64,000 nucleotides of DNA from Chrysomallon squamiferum (taxonomy: Eukaryota > Animalia > Mollusca). Positions 1 through 21,704 of the stretch are shown piece by piece. The translations under genes were made by a program, and so were the position numbers. The stretch is from assembly GCA_012295275.1 (NCBI GenBank), contig CM022665.1, forward strand, positions 32,922,001 to 32,986,000. Direction: 5' to 3'. The notes below the pieces were generated by a model that was not told where the DNA came from, searched no databases, and saw nothing but the letters and a program-made list of their open reading frames with translations. Each line of letters starts with the position of its first letter. The first letter of the stretch is position 1.

Positions 1-58
1 TAGTTTTTAATTTTTTGAAAGATTTATTAAAAATATATATATTATTTTTCATTTCCAG

Positions 59-2278
59 TAATATTAGCGAACAGCAGAGAGCGTATGGAAGACGAGCAGA
101 TGGCAATCTCAGCGGCCAACTCGCAATAGAAACAACCGAAGCAAAAAATGTCATAAAGAAAATGAAGACAATGGACAGAACGTCACACGTCTTCAGGAGA
201 GGCGACTATAATGGTCACGGTAATTTGCAGTTTTGTCCCTTGATAAAGAATAATTATAATTATACTCAGTTTAATAAATTAGAAATCCTCTTGCTACGTA
301 TAAATACATAAATAAATAAATAAATATAATGTCATATAAATTCGTAGTTAATATTTTATTAATTCACTGATTTTGTTTTTCTAGTAATAAAATAAAACGA
401 GTGCAATAAAAAGATCGTGTGAAATGCTCCCTAGAAAAAACTTAGCCTCGACAATAGCGCAAATATTTGTATTTACATTTTATTTTTATTTTTTTCTCTT
501 GCCTTTATGTCCATTACCATAGTGTCACCCAGTAAACGTGATGAACTAATATCTTATGTCAGAGATGAAAAGATATGTAATATTTCATTAACATTTTGTC
601 CGAATTAGCTTTCACGATTATTAACTTGTCTGAACCTTTAACTTAAACTGAGGTTATTTTATAGAATATCAACAGATAGATTATTACCCAGTCAAAGGTG
701 TTCGTACAGCTGTTTTACTACATTTTTGTTTCAGCGAACAATTACATTTCTACAAACGTTGGAGACTTTGGACCGAGAACAATTCCCCCATCTGAGATAG
801 TAGCGTCTGAACTTATTCAAGAAGCACTGTAGGTATTAACTTACTTAGTTGGACCAGTAGTTTATATAAGAGGTTGAGGTTAACATTTTGCTTTTAGTGT
901 GTGTGTGGGTGTGTGTCTGTGATTTGACATGGATTGACCCATATGAACACTAAAACACTCTTATTTTCTTTATATTAAATGCTTCCTCTCATACTTCTTT
1001 CAGCATGGAATCCAGCACAGACGAACCATTTACCTATAACACACTTCGTAATGTTCCTAATGAGCTTGCGACTTACGCAAGGACAGTCACTGTACCAAAT
1101 GTATACAGAGGTATGTATGTGTTTACTTTATTAACCCATGGTAAGGGTCGGTTGTAGATGGACTAAAGCCAAAAACCAGTGCATTGAACTAACTGTATAA
1201 AATCTCTTTAAAACTTCTTTTGTTTTCTTTATTAGAGTAATTATAGACTACAAACTGTTACAGCGAAAAAGCAAATTAGGCCTCCTAAATTAAATCTTTT
1301 TACTATAAACCTTTCATATCAGATACCATTAATTGTTTATTATTTTTAAATAAATAAATCTTCTGTTTTAGCTGCGAATGTGGGAAAGAAGGATTCAGTT
1401 CAAACTCATTTCAAGGTGAATGATACTTTTTAATTTGTTTTCTGAATATTCAGTATTAAACACAAATACATGTATGATAATGCGCAAGTACGCCCAAAAC
1501 CCATATAATATTTTTATTATTACTGTTGCTATTATTGTTGTTATTTGTGCTTTATATACATACATACATATATACATATATACATATATGTATGTATGTG
1601 TATATATATATGTGTGTGTATGTATATATGTATATATGTATGTATGCATGTATGTATGTATGTATGTGTGTTTGTGTATGTATGTATATGTATGAACGTG
1701 TGTGTGTGTGTGTCGGCGCTACTGATTACCATGAATTAAATTGTATGTTACATGATTGTATCGTTATTATTATTATTTGTTTTTAAATGCATTATTATTA
1801 TTATTATTTTTTTGATTTCAGTTCGGCTCATATGACGAAAAAGTTAGCTCGATTTATGTCAACGATTTTGAACCTGTTCCTGCCACTAAAGCAAAATTTT
1901 ATGTTACACCATCTGCTGGCAGTGTTAGTAATGTTCTTTTAAAAAATGTCTTTCTATATATATAACTTCAATTCAACATATTACTTTTAGTATTTTATTA
2001 ATTTTTTTAATGTTTTTGCAAAGATGATTCTGAGAAGTCATTTCCTATTTTTGATTTGCATTAAAATACATCTACTGACAGACAAGAAAAATATTTACCA
2101 AGGCCTTTGCTAAGAAATAGATCATGGAATAGGAAACAGTTTTTATTCACTTTCTTCTTTGTGCTTAAACTTTGTTCTTTTTCTTTCTTTCTTTCTTTCC
2201 CCAGATAATCTTAGGCATATTATGTAATCAACATAAAATAATAATAATATCTATATCTGTATCCATATCTATCCATCC

Positions 2279-2341
<63 letters not shown>

Positions 2342-2868
2342 CATCCATCCATCCATCCATCCATCTATCTACCTCTGTCTCTCTGCCTGTCTGTTTGTCT
2401 ACCTATGTATGATGTATATATATACGTATCTATCTATCTGTCTGTCTGTCTGTGTGTCTGTCTGTCTATCTGTCTATCTATCTATTGCTATTATTTTTTG
2501 CCTAGTTTATTACAAACTGTGTAGTAAACTGATGTTCAGAGTTGTAAAACATCTGTAATCACTGTGTTCAATTTACAGTTAATACAGAACTTACCTGGCT
2601 ATTCAAAATTTGGAACTACAAGTCATCAACAAGACTTCATGGCCGGAGTCAAGATACAACCGGTAATAATTTAACTTTATACATCATTATCATAATCATC
2701 TTTATCATTGTCGATTTATATTTATCATCATCATCATCATCATCATCAATATTATTAATATTATTGTCATGATGGTTATTATTATCATCATCCGAATTCC
2801 TGTTATTATTATTGTTTTAATTATTGTTATTATTGTTGTTGTTGTTGGTTTTGTTGTCATCGTTATAT

Positions 2869-2905
<37 letters not shown>

Positions 2906-5485
2906 ATTATTGTTTCATACAGCTTTTTATATCTTTGTTATATTCAAGAACAAAATTATTAATCACGTATGTATGTTTTTAGGTCAATGGAGACCAGGTT
3001 AACTTTGAAAAAACAATGGCATACGGCTATACAGATAACATCATTCCAACAACAGATGTGCACCCACAAGACAGAGTGAAATCACGTGAGTGGAATTTTG
3101 TATACTAAATTTTAACTGCCGTATACATAGATAAGCAGACTTGAAATTTAAATTGGAATTTAACAAAAGGTATGTTTCTCTCAAGATATCAACACATGTT
3201 TATTCCGCCGGTTGTTTTTATTTAAGGAAATCTTTATAAACTGCGAGGTGTTATTATTATCTTGTCAAATCATGTGTGTGTTTACGTGCGTGCGCCTTCA
3301 GCCCAGAATTAGACATAGTGAAATTCGAGGCCATCTTTGGGAAATGTTAACAGTGTATAAAGATTAATAATAAACGAAATAAATCATTAGTGGCCCCTTC
3401 AGACTGCTCTATCCTACGATACTAAAGAATACTTATTTTAAAATACGACTGTGTGATCAAAGTGGTGCCAAGAAATATATCAGCAGTTATGGACTTGCTA
3501 TTTACAGACTATTACTACTAATAATGATAAATCTAATAATTTTTTCTGTTTTAGTTTCTCACGGAGACTACAGAGAACCACCTCCCACGTTTAAGGCAAT
3601 GAAACCAGTTAAAAGTCCTTTTCCGACAATTAACTTCTTCCAAGGAAACGACGTTCTGCCGTATGAAGGTCTTCCCGAGTTATCTGAAGCTAAGGCAAGT
3701 TTTATTAAATATGTTTTTTTTAAAAATTTTATTCTTCTTCTTATTAATTAATTAATTAATAATCATCAACATCATGATAATTATCATTATTATTAGTATT
3801 GCCTTCAATGCTTTTTAAATAGACACATACACATACATAATCCCCCCACAGTAAACAAACAAACAAGCAAACAAAAAACAAAAACATTAAGAACTCATTT
3901 ATAATTTCATATAAAATACAAAATAATAGCATATATTTCTAGGGAAAAAAACCGACAAAAAAACCAACAACATCAAAACAATAACTTATCAATCATGCAT
4001 TTAAATGTGACTTCAAAGAACTCTTCAAAATAATTATCAGGTATCGTTTTATTTTACAATTACAGAATAATTTTATAGGACCCATTAATGATGGCTGCCA
4101 CAAGTTTCAGAAAGAACTTCGCCGTGACGATGAAGAATACAAAACTCGAAAAGAAGATTTTCTTCGAACTCATTTTACTGTGGGTAACACGGACACCGAT
4201 TTCTTGACTGAGAGCAAGAATCAGTTCACAGGCCAGAAGTCAAATATTGTCCAGGTTCCACCTGCAGGAATCGTAGAGAAAAAACCGAAAGTGAAATTTG
4301 ATATCTGCAATATCAGTGAAAATCAACAGGATATGAGAGCTGGAGACCCGTACACGCCGTCAACTAAAGAATCTCTACACTCCAGATATGTTTACAACAG
4401 AGCTGACGACGAAAACCCGTTCACTGCCTCGGTGATGAAGAGTGATTATAGATCCTTAACTGAACGCAGGTATTTTAATACATATAGACACAGATACAAA
4501 CAAACAAATAAACATCTATACACAAACAGACACATACATATATACACACACACATACATACATACATATATACACACACACATACATACATACATACATA
4601 TATACACACACACACATACCTACATATATACACACACACATACATACATACATACATACACACCCACATACATACATACATATATACACACACATACATA
4701 CATACATATATACACACACACACATAATACATATACACACACATACATACATACATACATATATACACACACACATACATACATACATATATATACACAC
4801 ACAAACATACATACATATATACACACACACATACATACATATATACACACACACACATACATACATATATACACACACACACATATATACACACACACAC
4901 ATACATACATATATATATATACACACACATACATACATATATACACACACACACACATACATATATACACACACATACATACATACATATATATACACAC
5001 ACACATACATACATATATACACACACACACATACATACATATATACACACATACATACATATACACACACATACATACATATATACACACACATACATAC
5101 ATACATACACACATACATACATATATACACACGCACACACACATACATATATACACACACACATACATACATATACACAAACACATACATACATACATAT
5201 ACACACATACACACATACATACATACACACATACATACATACACACACATACACACATACATACATATATACACACACATACACACATACATACATATAT
5301 ACACACACACATACATACATATACACACACACACATACATACATACATACATACATATATACACACACACATACATACATACATATATACACACACACAT
5401 ACATACATAAACACGAAGGTTGTCTTGATAGCCGAATTAACGTCGTCCGCCTTCGGAGTGCGAACAAAAAAACACAATTATATAT

Positions 5486-5527
<42 letters not shown>

Positions 5528-7016
5528 TATATATATATATGTTTGCATAGACACATACAAACATACATATATACTTAAATATATACGTACATAAGTTCAT
5601 ACATATGTACATCTATTTATTAGGTTTCTACCGTCTTTTTTTTCCTGTTTATTATAATCACATTAATTTAGTATTTCCATATTTAAACAGCAGATTCTCT
5701 TTTAAAAACATCTTATCTAGATTTATTTCTTATTTTACACAACGTACTGAAGTAAGTTATTTCAGTCCTCTGATTAGTTTCATTCTAATAAATACTATTA
5801 AAAGAATGGCTGAAGTAAAGTTATGTTATCGGGTAAAATTCTTAGTAAGGTTAGTGTACGTAAAATAAATGATAACATTATTTTATGATAACTCAGTTTT
5901 CTTTTTGTTGTTTACACGAGAGAGTTTCATATAATGATATTTTACGCCTGAACCATTAGCATATATTATCGAAGGAAAATATTTTCAAATTTACTTCAGA
6001 TAATGTTCTCAAACAAGGAAGTCTTTAAGTGAAGTATTAGATTTAAAAATTTATTATATGAGGATGTATTTCTCACATTAACATTTATATTGCAGGTTAA
6101 ACGAAGATCATTTGAAGATGCTGCAGAAATTTGAAAAGTTGTATCAGCAGCCTATTGCGAGAAGTCATTTCTTCCATACAGACAACACTGGTCGTACGTT
6201 ATCTTTGTTTTAATGACGTGAATTCCGCGAAGTTTCTGTAATAATTTGTAGTCCTAATTTATTTTATTTTGCTTTATGGAGAAAAGGAACAAATTAGACA
6301 GCTCATAATTTCTATATTGCTTTCTGGACACACACACGCCTGCACACACTTTCTGGATATCTGACTTCTAGTGGTGTCATATATTAAACAAAAACAGATA
6401 TTTTAATTTAACTTTTATTATATTCCATTTTTAATAAATGTATATAATATTATAATGAATTATTACAGAGTATAACACAGTAATATAATATTTATTTTAC
6501 TGATGCTTAGAAATCAATATACAAAATGAAAATGAAAATAATTTTTCGCTGTTATAAGTACCTCTCGTACGATTTTATTTTATCTTTCAGAGAACGTTTA
6601 TAAATCAACCACAACAGATGACTTTATAAAGCCAGAAACAATGACCGGTACTTGATTTTTATTATTTTTAACTATAATTTTATTATTAAGAAATCAGAAT
6701 AATACTAATCCAATTTAGTATTAACTTGTCTAATACGGCCATTCAAGGGTCTAGGCAAACTTTATCATTATACAGAGTTGTAACAATATAATGCACAGTG
6801 GTCACAAAATCAGGTTTAGCAGTTTTTTAATTTAAATATTTTCTGTGAAAAATAATCATTTTAGACTCTACGTATTATATTTTATATCATTATTTTTTGG
6901 ATATTCATAAAATGCTAAATAAACAATTAAATTCATTACTTATATTTATAAATATATATTAATATAATATATATTTGATTTGTATTTTAGGTCAGAAGTT
7001 ATTGGGTGCTCGTTAG
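59..7016 (+). CDS. 5'-truncated multi-exon gene; uncharacterised repeat protein, possibly a ciliary/flagellar microtubule-inner protein (SAXO/TEX45-like); about 472 aa lie in the window
   Basis: Twelve exons join with consistent phase and no internal stop: 59-219, 735-828, 1004-1110, 1372-1415, 1822-1923, 2579-2662, 2983-3085, 3555-3694 (GC donor AAG|gcaagt), 4066-4469, 6096-6193, 6591-6647, 6991-7016 (GQKLLGAR*). All acceptors are pyrimidine-rich AG. A motif recurs, e.g. TSHVFRRGD..YISTNVGDF, THFKFGS..SSIYVNDF, THFTVGN..LTESKNQF, SHFFHTD..YKSTTTDDF. The gene model is well supported; the family call is inference. Confidence 0.8.
4480..5410. repeat. About 0.9-kb compound (CA)n/(TACA)n/(TA)n microsatellite in an intron of the first gene
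   Basis: Seen directly; it is the source of the H/T/Y/I-rich and V/C/M/Y-rich spurious ORFs. Confidence 0.97.
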
Positions 7017-7108
7017 TACTGCCGATGTCAGACGTACTCATTAAAGATTTTGCTTTGATATAACATCAAAATTGAGCTATCTTAATTATTTAGTCTAAGG
7101 AAACGTCA

Positions 7109-7198
<90 letters not shown>

Positions 7199-7969
7199 TT
7201 ATTTGTTATTATTATGATTGCTATGGTGTTAAAAAATATAGTTATTCAAAAACAAACTGAACTTTTCAAAACTGAGGATGGCGTGTCTTCGTGATAGTGC
7301 AACGACCTTGTTTTCCAAATACGCGATAATGGAACAAAAATCATAACTGGTTTCGATTTGACATTCGTTCCAGAGAGAACATACTTTGTGGTCACATCAC
7401 CAGCAGTTCAAAATAAAGCTATCGACTACTATTTATTATAAAGGACTATATTACAAATTATTTTCATTTCTGAAATTTTTATTTAAAAATATACCGTGAA
7501 TATCTAATAATATACATACTGAATATTATTATATATATATATGTACACATACCCAGAGATTATTATTTAATTATATACATACTGATTTTTTTTATGAACA
7601 TAATGAATATAATATGAACAACATTTGTTTCTACATTTCAAGAACTATGTAATAAATCATTAAACAGCAATGCTAACGGCCGCTAAGGCACTGAATTTTT
7701 CAATTTATATAACACAGACGTTTATTTAACAACAACAACAATAATAAAAATAATAATAATAAAGAAAAGAAAAAATACATTATCACTGCTACATTAATAT
7801 TATCACGAAATTATTCTCTATATTTTTTCTCCAAACTTTTGCCTTTTCTGGTCCAAACACTGAAAACACATAAATCAGTACAATATCTTTTGCATGCTTA
7901 CTTACATATATATGTATGTATATATCTGTGTGTGTGTGTGTGTGCGTGTGTGTGTATATATATATATAT

Positions 7970-8032
7970 ATAACTGGTTATTGTCTTAAGACATCAGCAA
8001 TATGCTGCGAAGATTAGAATGTCGAATTTCGG
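7970..8032. mobile_element. Partial inverted copy of the 51677-51814 MITE family
   Basis: ATAACTGGTTATTGTCTTAAGACATCAGCAATATGCTGCGAAGATTAGAATGTCGAA is a diverged reverse complement of about 51757-51814. Confidence 0.6.
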
Positions 8033-8184
8033 TTCAGTCAACGTCATTACTTTTGACATTACGTCAATCATAATAAAAGGACGTAAAATAAATAAATTTA
8101 ATAAGGAAACAAAATGAAAATAGTTCTAAATCGATATATATATAACCATAAAGCAAATAAATTTGAAATTACATCTAACAGTGG

Positions 8185-15188
<7,004 letters not shown>

Positions 15189-15877
15189 CTTGTGACAAAT
15201 GGTACACAGTCTACGTGTAGGTCAGTTTTCTAGGCGTGGTGTGAAACACGACCGTTTTGAATATGAAAAGATGACAATTCATCCGTAGATAGGTTACAGT
15301 CGTAAGCCTTCTCTTTCTACACCCACTCTCCGTCGTCTAGCTCAGCGTCATGTTATCATTTACATAAAGTGTTAAGTACGAATTATGAAATCACTTAAAA
15401 TAATAATAATAACATTATTAACAGTGTAAAAATAATCAGAAATACACACATTGCATTTAGATGTTGTTTGGAAGAATTAATCTTTGATCGAAACACAGAC
15501 GAATCGATACATTTTGCACCATATACCTCATATTGGCTTATAAATATCTTACTTTTATCTATGTTTGTATATTTACTTGCGTTAGTATATACGGGATATT
15601 TATTATACGCTCTTTTACATTTCTGGTCATACGTTTAGGTTAGGTAAATAAAAGACGTTTATAAAGTGATAAATGGACTCTTCAGATACAGTTACATTAA
15701 TTTAAGAAAAAACAAAAAAACGAGATAAAAAAACCCACAAACCTACACACACACATACACACTAAACCCCCCAAACAAGACAAAAACAAAACAAAAGCAA
15801 ACAACAAAACAAACTCTCTTGACTCTAATATAATATAGCAATGATATCTGAATAATTCATATATTTAAATAATAATA

Positions 15878-15941
<64 letters not shown>

Positions 15942-16989
15942 TAAAATAATATAAAATAAAATATAAATAAAATAAAATAATATAAAATAAAATATAAATA
16001 AAATAAATAATAATCATAATAATTAATATATGTGTGTGTGTGTGTGTGTGTGTTTTATATATATATCAAATTTAATTAATTTTGTTTTTAAAATCAGTGA
16101 TAAAGATGTAACTGGTTGTAACTGGAATACTTTAATAACAAAATGTTAGCGTCTTGGTTGGAGTCGTCGTGGTATTAGCGACATTATTTATGGGTGTGTC
16201 TATAATCTGAATGCAGGTGACTTTTATGTGCATGTATTTCGTAATGATAATCGAAAACAAATGACTTTCTCTTTCAATTCAGAAAATATTATTCCCATGT
16301 TGAACCCTATAGATGTCAATAACTTGGACTAGATTTACTGGTTAAACTATACAAGCTGTTCTGCAACTTTATTTATAGCTGGAAAAAAACCACACAAAAG
16401 AAAAAACCTGGTAAATTGTTGAACTATTTCTTAACAGGGGGTTGTAATACACGTTTGTAGTTGGGGTAGAGAATACGCTTGTTTCTTGAAGACTGGGTGT
16501 TGCACATAACACTCGCTAATGAATTTTAATGCTCATATAATAAAAGTTTCAACAACAACAACAACAGTAATAATAATAATAATGATGATGATGGTGATAT
16601 TATTAGTAATGGGCACTAACAGTGAAAACAACAACAGTGCTGTGGCTACTATAACCACCACCACAACTACTGCTACTAGTCCTACTACAATATTATAACA
16701 ATAGTTATTATGAAGTAATAATAATAATCAGCAGCAGTGATAATAAAAAATTGTAGTTAATTGTATATAATTTTAATATATATGTATGCCTGTGTATATA
16801 TATATATAGCTTAGAATTGTAATATTCTCTGTCTTATGTACGTCTGATTAGAATCTGCACATAGACAATATTTGGGAACACACCATCGACCATTACCGTT
16901 CGACCATTGAGACAACATTAAGAAATGTTGCTCAATAACCGAGGGTAATTATCGCTTACCCCGAAGCACGCCGTTCTTTTTGTTTATTT

Positions 16990-17000
16990 GTATGTATGTG

Positions 17001-17050
<50 letters not shown>

Positions 17051-17442
17051 TATATATGTATGTATGTATGTATGTATATATGTATGTATGTGTGTGTATG
17101 TATGTATGTATGTATGTATGTATATATGTATGTATGTGTGTGTATGTATGTATGTGTGTGTATGTATGTATGTATGTATATATATATATGTATGTATATA
17201 TGTATGTATGTATGTATGTGTGTGTATGTATGTATGTATGTATATATGTATGTATGTATGTATGTATATATATGTATGTATGTGTGTATGTATGTATGTG
17301 TGTCTATGTATGTATGTATGTATGTATGTATATATATATGTATATATGTATGTATTATGTATGTATATATGTATGTATGTATGTATATATGTATGTATGT
17401 ATGTATGTATGTTTATATGTATGTATGTATGTATGCGTGTAT
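16990..17442. repeat. (TATG)n compound microsatellite between the two NT5E genes
   Basis: Seen directly. Confidence 0.97.
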
Positions 17443-17517
17443 GTACCATATTTTCCCTTTCAGCGGCGCATTATGCTAAAGTAATTGTATTTCGTAAATT
17501 AACTTTTAGAATAGGAT
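17443..17517 (+). repeat. 75-bp direct duplicate of 12647-12721 (NT5E-A intron 2)
   Basis: Identical GTACCATATTTTCCCTTTCAGCGGCGCATTATGCTAAAG...TTTTAGAATAGGAT; both copies directly follow (TATG)n. Confidence 0.93.
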
Positions 17518-18140
17518 AAATTAACAACATCTACAACAGTAACAAAAACAATAACATCATCATCCTAATCATCATCGTTAGCATCATCAACAGAAACAGT
17601 AATAATGCTAGTTTAAGACAGATAAATAAATAAATAAATAAAGTTTAATACTGAATATGTATAACCACTATAAAGATTACTTATTTTTGTTCAACGTCTT
17701 TTAAAACTATTTTTTAGATAAAATAATAAATAGCAAAACCTGCGATGGATGATGGAAAAGGCAATACCAATCCTTGAAACAATGTGCATGTTTTGACATG
17801 CGTATTAATACATACATATTCATAAACCTCTAACTTTAATGGAATGATATACTGAATAAAATTACAAAAATATAGTCACAATAAGAAATAAGGAAATTAA
17901 AGTCACAATAATAAAAAAAGAAGTGAAATATACTAACAGTAAAAGGAAATAAAATAATTATAATGACTATATATATATATATATATATTTATATAAAATT
18001 AAATATAATAATAGTAAAATAAAGGAAGAATTTAAATTTAGTTAAAGAAAGAAATTAAATGTAGTCACAATAAGAAATAAAGAAATTAAATATAGTTATC
18101 TATCTCCACAACAACGAACCACATTTCTAAGAGATTTTAC

Positions 18141-20035
18141 TTATTCAGTCTGCATAATAACAAACACGAAGACAGCAACAGTAGATAAAACGAGTAGGAT
18201 GTGAGTAGATCTCCCTGCAGAATTCAGATTCACTTGGTTCCACTTAATGCAGTTATCTGATCCACTGAGAATAGTGATCCTCTCTTCTAAACCAACCACT
18301 ATGGGTGATGCATACTTAATATAACCAATAAACACTTCGTGATCCACCTCACCTGTTAAAATAACAATAACAATAACTACAGCAACAACAACAACAACAA
18401 TAATAATTATAATTATAACGATGATGTTGATTTAATGATATCAATAATGGTTATGATAATAATGATGATGATGATAGTGATAGTGATGAAAAATAAATAA
18501 TAATCAGTGTGATGATGGTGACTAAGAAAATCAGACGATGGTCAAATCTATCAGTAAACGTGCAATACAGTTTACATTCAAAGACTGGAATAATCAGAAG
18601 AATCAGTTTTATTTCCAGCGTTGAGAATGAACAAGCACTCTGAACTATCATTAAACTTACCAAGAAGAATATGTTTAATCTTGTTTTTTTTGATGATGCT
18701 GTGGGAATCGTTGCCGTTTGCTATGAAAGACGGTAATAAAATTTTGTAGACTTTTTCCTGGTGAAGATCTTCAAACTTTGGTATGGAACAATTGCTACAT
18801 CGTACTTTGACGCGGACAACTCGTTTTCCTACCGGTTTGGAAATGTCATATGTAACTCGAATACCTGGAGGCAAAATGAGAATAATTAACGACGCCTACA
18901 ATACAGTTTTGATCTCTATTTATATGGCGTCTTACATATAATGAGAGAGGAAAACTAGCATAATATGGCCCACGGGATGATCTATTCTTTTTGAATTGGC
19001 TGGAAGAGATATTTTATTTCGGCCTTCTCATATATATAAACGTGAGTAATGAAAAACTATACTGAGTTACCACCTATTTCCAAACAGTTTAACCTCTTAA
19101 AATTGTGATTTCTTGAAATATATTTCTTGTAAATTTAAAGTGGGATAATGATGGTGCACAATCGAAAAATTTTTGTTTATTAACTTTTGTAATACGTACA
19201 TATCTATACATGTATATTGATAGCTATACAACTGGCTAGAGTAAATTGTAGTCTTTTGATTATATATGAAAACATGATTCAGATGCTCTTGAACAGTCTA
19301 TATGATATGGAATCTTTGCTAATAATATTATTAGTGTGTGAGAATGCATGGACGCTGATTCTTTATTAATAAATAAACGATGGATTTTCAGCTGTTAAGA
19401 TGCACATTTTATACACATTACTATATATACCTAATCAAATACATACACATTCTCATAGATCCCCAGTTACATATAACTCTATGGATACTCCTTTTGAAAT
19501 ACACATACAGAAACAAAGACAACAATCTGTCTTACTTTGACTCATTTTCTATCAGAAGTAAAATGAAAACATCATAATTTACCAGAGACTTGCAAAAAGC
19601 CACCAAACAAATCTTTCAAGTTTGTAGTATATCGTGAAATTGAATGCTCCAACATTCCTGATAAGTGAATTCCTTTTAACTCGATTAAATCAACCGTGTT
19701 GCGGAACGGAAGAACATTCAGAACTTCGCCGACTGAAATATCACCTGTTGATAAAAATTAAATTAAAAAACACAGATATAGTGGATGTTCTTGTACTAGC
19801 CGGGGAGCTAAATACAATTAACTGTTTCCTGCTAAGAAAAAATAATAGTACATTTAAACGTTAAATCTCCGGTGACGAAGAATTAATTCTTACAAGTGGG
19901 CCAGGCTGGTGAAATAATTATAAGTAATAATCTTAGTTCTCCGAGGATATAATCAGTTCAGTTTGTTAATGTATTTATTTTTGAAATGTTTAAGGAAACC
20001 CCTCCCCAAAAGAAAAAAAAAATACAAACACAACA

Positions 20036-20075
<40 letters not shown>

Positions 20076-21666
20076 AATTTCCAAAGATTTGAACGAACCT
20101 TGCTCTATGGATGACCTAATTCGACCGGAATTGATGACAGAAATGGACACATTTGTCCATTCTTCTGATACTGGATTTTTTAAGTTTTGCTGAATCATTC
20201 CATCTGTAATCAGATTGCCTGCAACACGTTATGCATACTTAGAAATAAGCAGGGCCGACCCCAGACGATTTTGTGACCCAGGACCATTTTAAAGACATAA
20301 ACAGCCTGTCTGAAAACTTACACATACTGTAACGATTTACATTTAGACCTACACAAACGACAGCACAAAAAATCTAAACAATTTGAGTCCTTTACATGAA
20401 ATAACTATGTTAGATTTAAGAAATTAAAAAAAAATATACAAATTAAAATTAAAAAAAAATAATAAAGAGGTGAAAACTGTACCGATGTTACACTCCTCAG
20501 CTCGACAAACAGATCTGTTTCCTTCCAGAAAAACCTGTGACTTCCCAATCGTTTCTTTTGTCTCATTTATCACTCCTTGTCTGAACGGTTCCATTTCTGC
20601 CAGGACGTCTGGGTCTGAAAATAGCATTATTGTCTGTAATCTGTACTGTGAATATTTAAATTCTGTACCCGATTAATATTCTGCATTTCTTACTCATCAG
20701 TAGTCTTTGATTGTGAATTAATCTGTTTATCAGTTTTTCTGTTTCCCTTTTTGTGGAAAGCATTCAGTTCGCTGGACTGTCCGTAAGGCTGTCTGTCTGT
20801 CTGAGGGCGTTGTTGTGAGATTTTATTTTTATTCTTTTAAATAGTATAATTATTGTAAACGTGTACACAGAAATCAGTAGACACTACAACATTGTTTGTT
20901 TGTTTTATTTTCTATTGCAATTTCAGATAGATGGGTTGAAAACTGAAATCCTGTTTTGTTATTTAACTGCGTGTAGCAAATTTAAACACGAAGACACACA
21001 AAACGCACACACACACGCATACATATGCACACATGCATAGCCACATATACACATGTTCATGTGCACGTAAAACACGCACACAAATATACAAATACGTAAT
21101 TATATAAACTTGTACGTGTATATACACACACACACACGTAAACATTCAAATATACACATACACCTATATAAACATATAGATGAACATACATATACAGAAC
21201 GTGTGTTTACTGATACCTTGCTTTATTGTTTTATCTAAAAGTACTCGATTCCCATTCCATTCTGTGATGATCCCTCTGCTATCAAAGTTCAGATGCAGAA
21301 AACCGAGGTACTTGGCGTAAGCATAATCTTGAACACTGAGCACTTTGCTAACGTCATCTCTTATCACTACATACGGGTACTCACCTGCTGGACTTTCGAT
21401 CGACGGAGGAGTTCCTAAAACAAATAACAAAATTTACATTTTGAAGGGATAGTTTGTCCTGTTCGTGCTTTGGGATAAAGGGGGCCCTTGGCTTTCAAGT
21501 TGTTCGGGCCTCTCCGGGACTTCAGTCTGACACCAATAAAATAATGTTAAAAATTGTCTTGTCCCTAGGCTTCAGCCTTATGAATAATACGACATAGAGA
21601 CAATGCATGTATGTATGTATATGTATCTGCGTGTGTGCATTCATACATATAGCATGTATGTAGCAG

Positions 21667-21704
<38 letters not shown>

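Noticed and set aside
4470-5560. Long ORFs (456, 361, 294 and 285 aa) rich in H/T/Y/I or V/C/M/Y
   Set aside because: They are translations of a (CA)/(TACA) microsatellite. Only 4066-4469 is a real exon, ending at the AG|gtattt donor.
16949-17519. Four overlapping 160-180 aa ORFs
   Set aside because: (TATG)n microsatellite artefacts.
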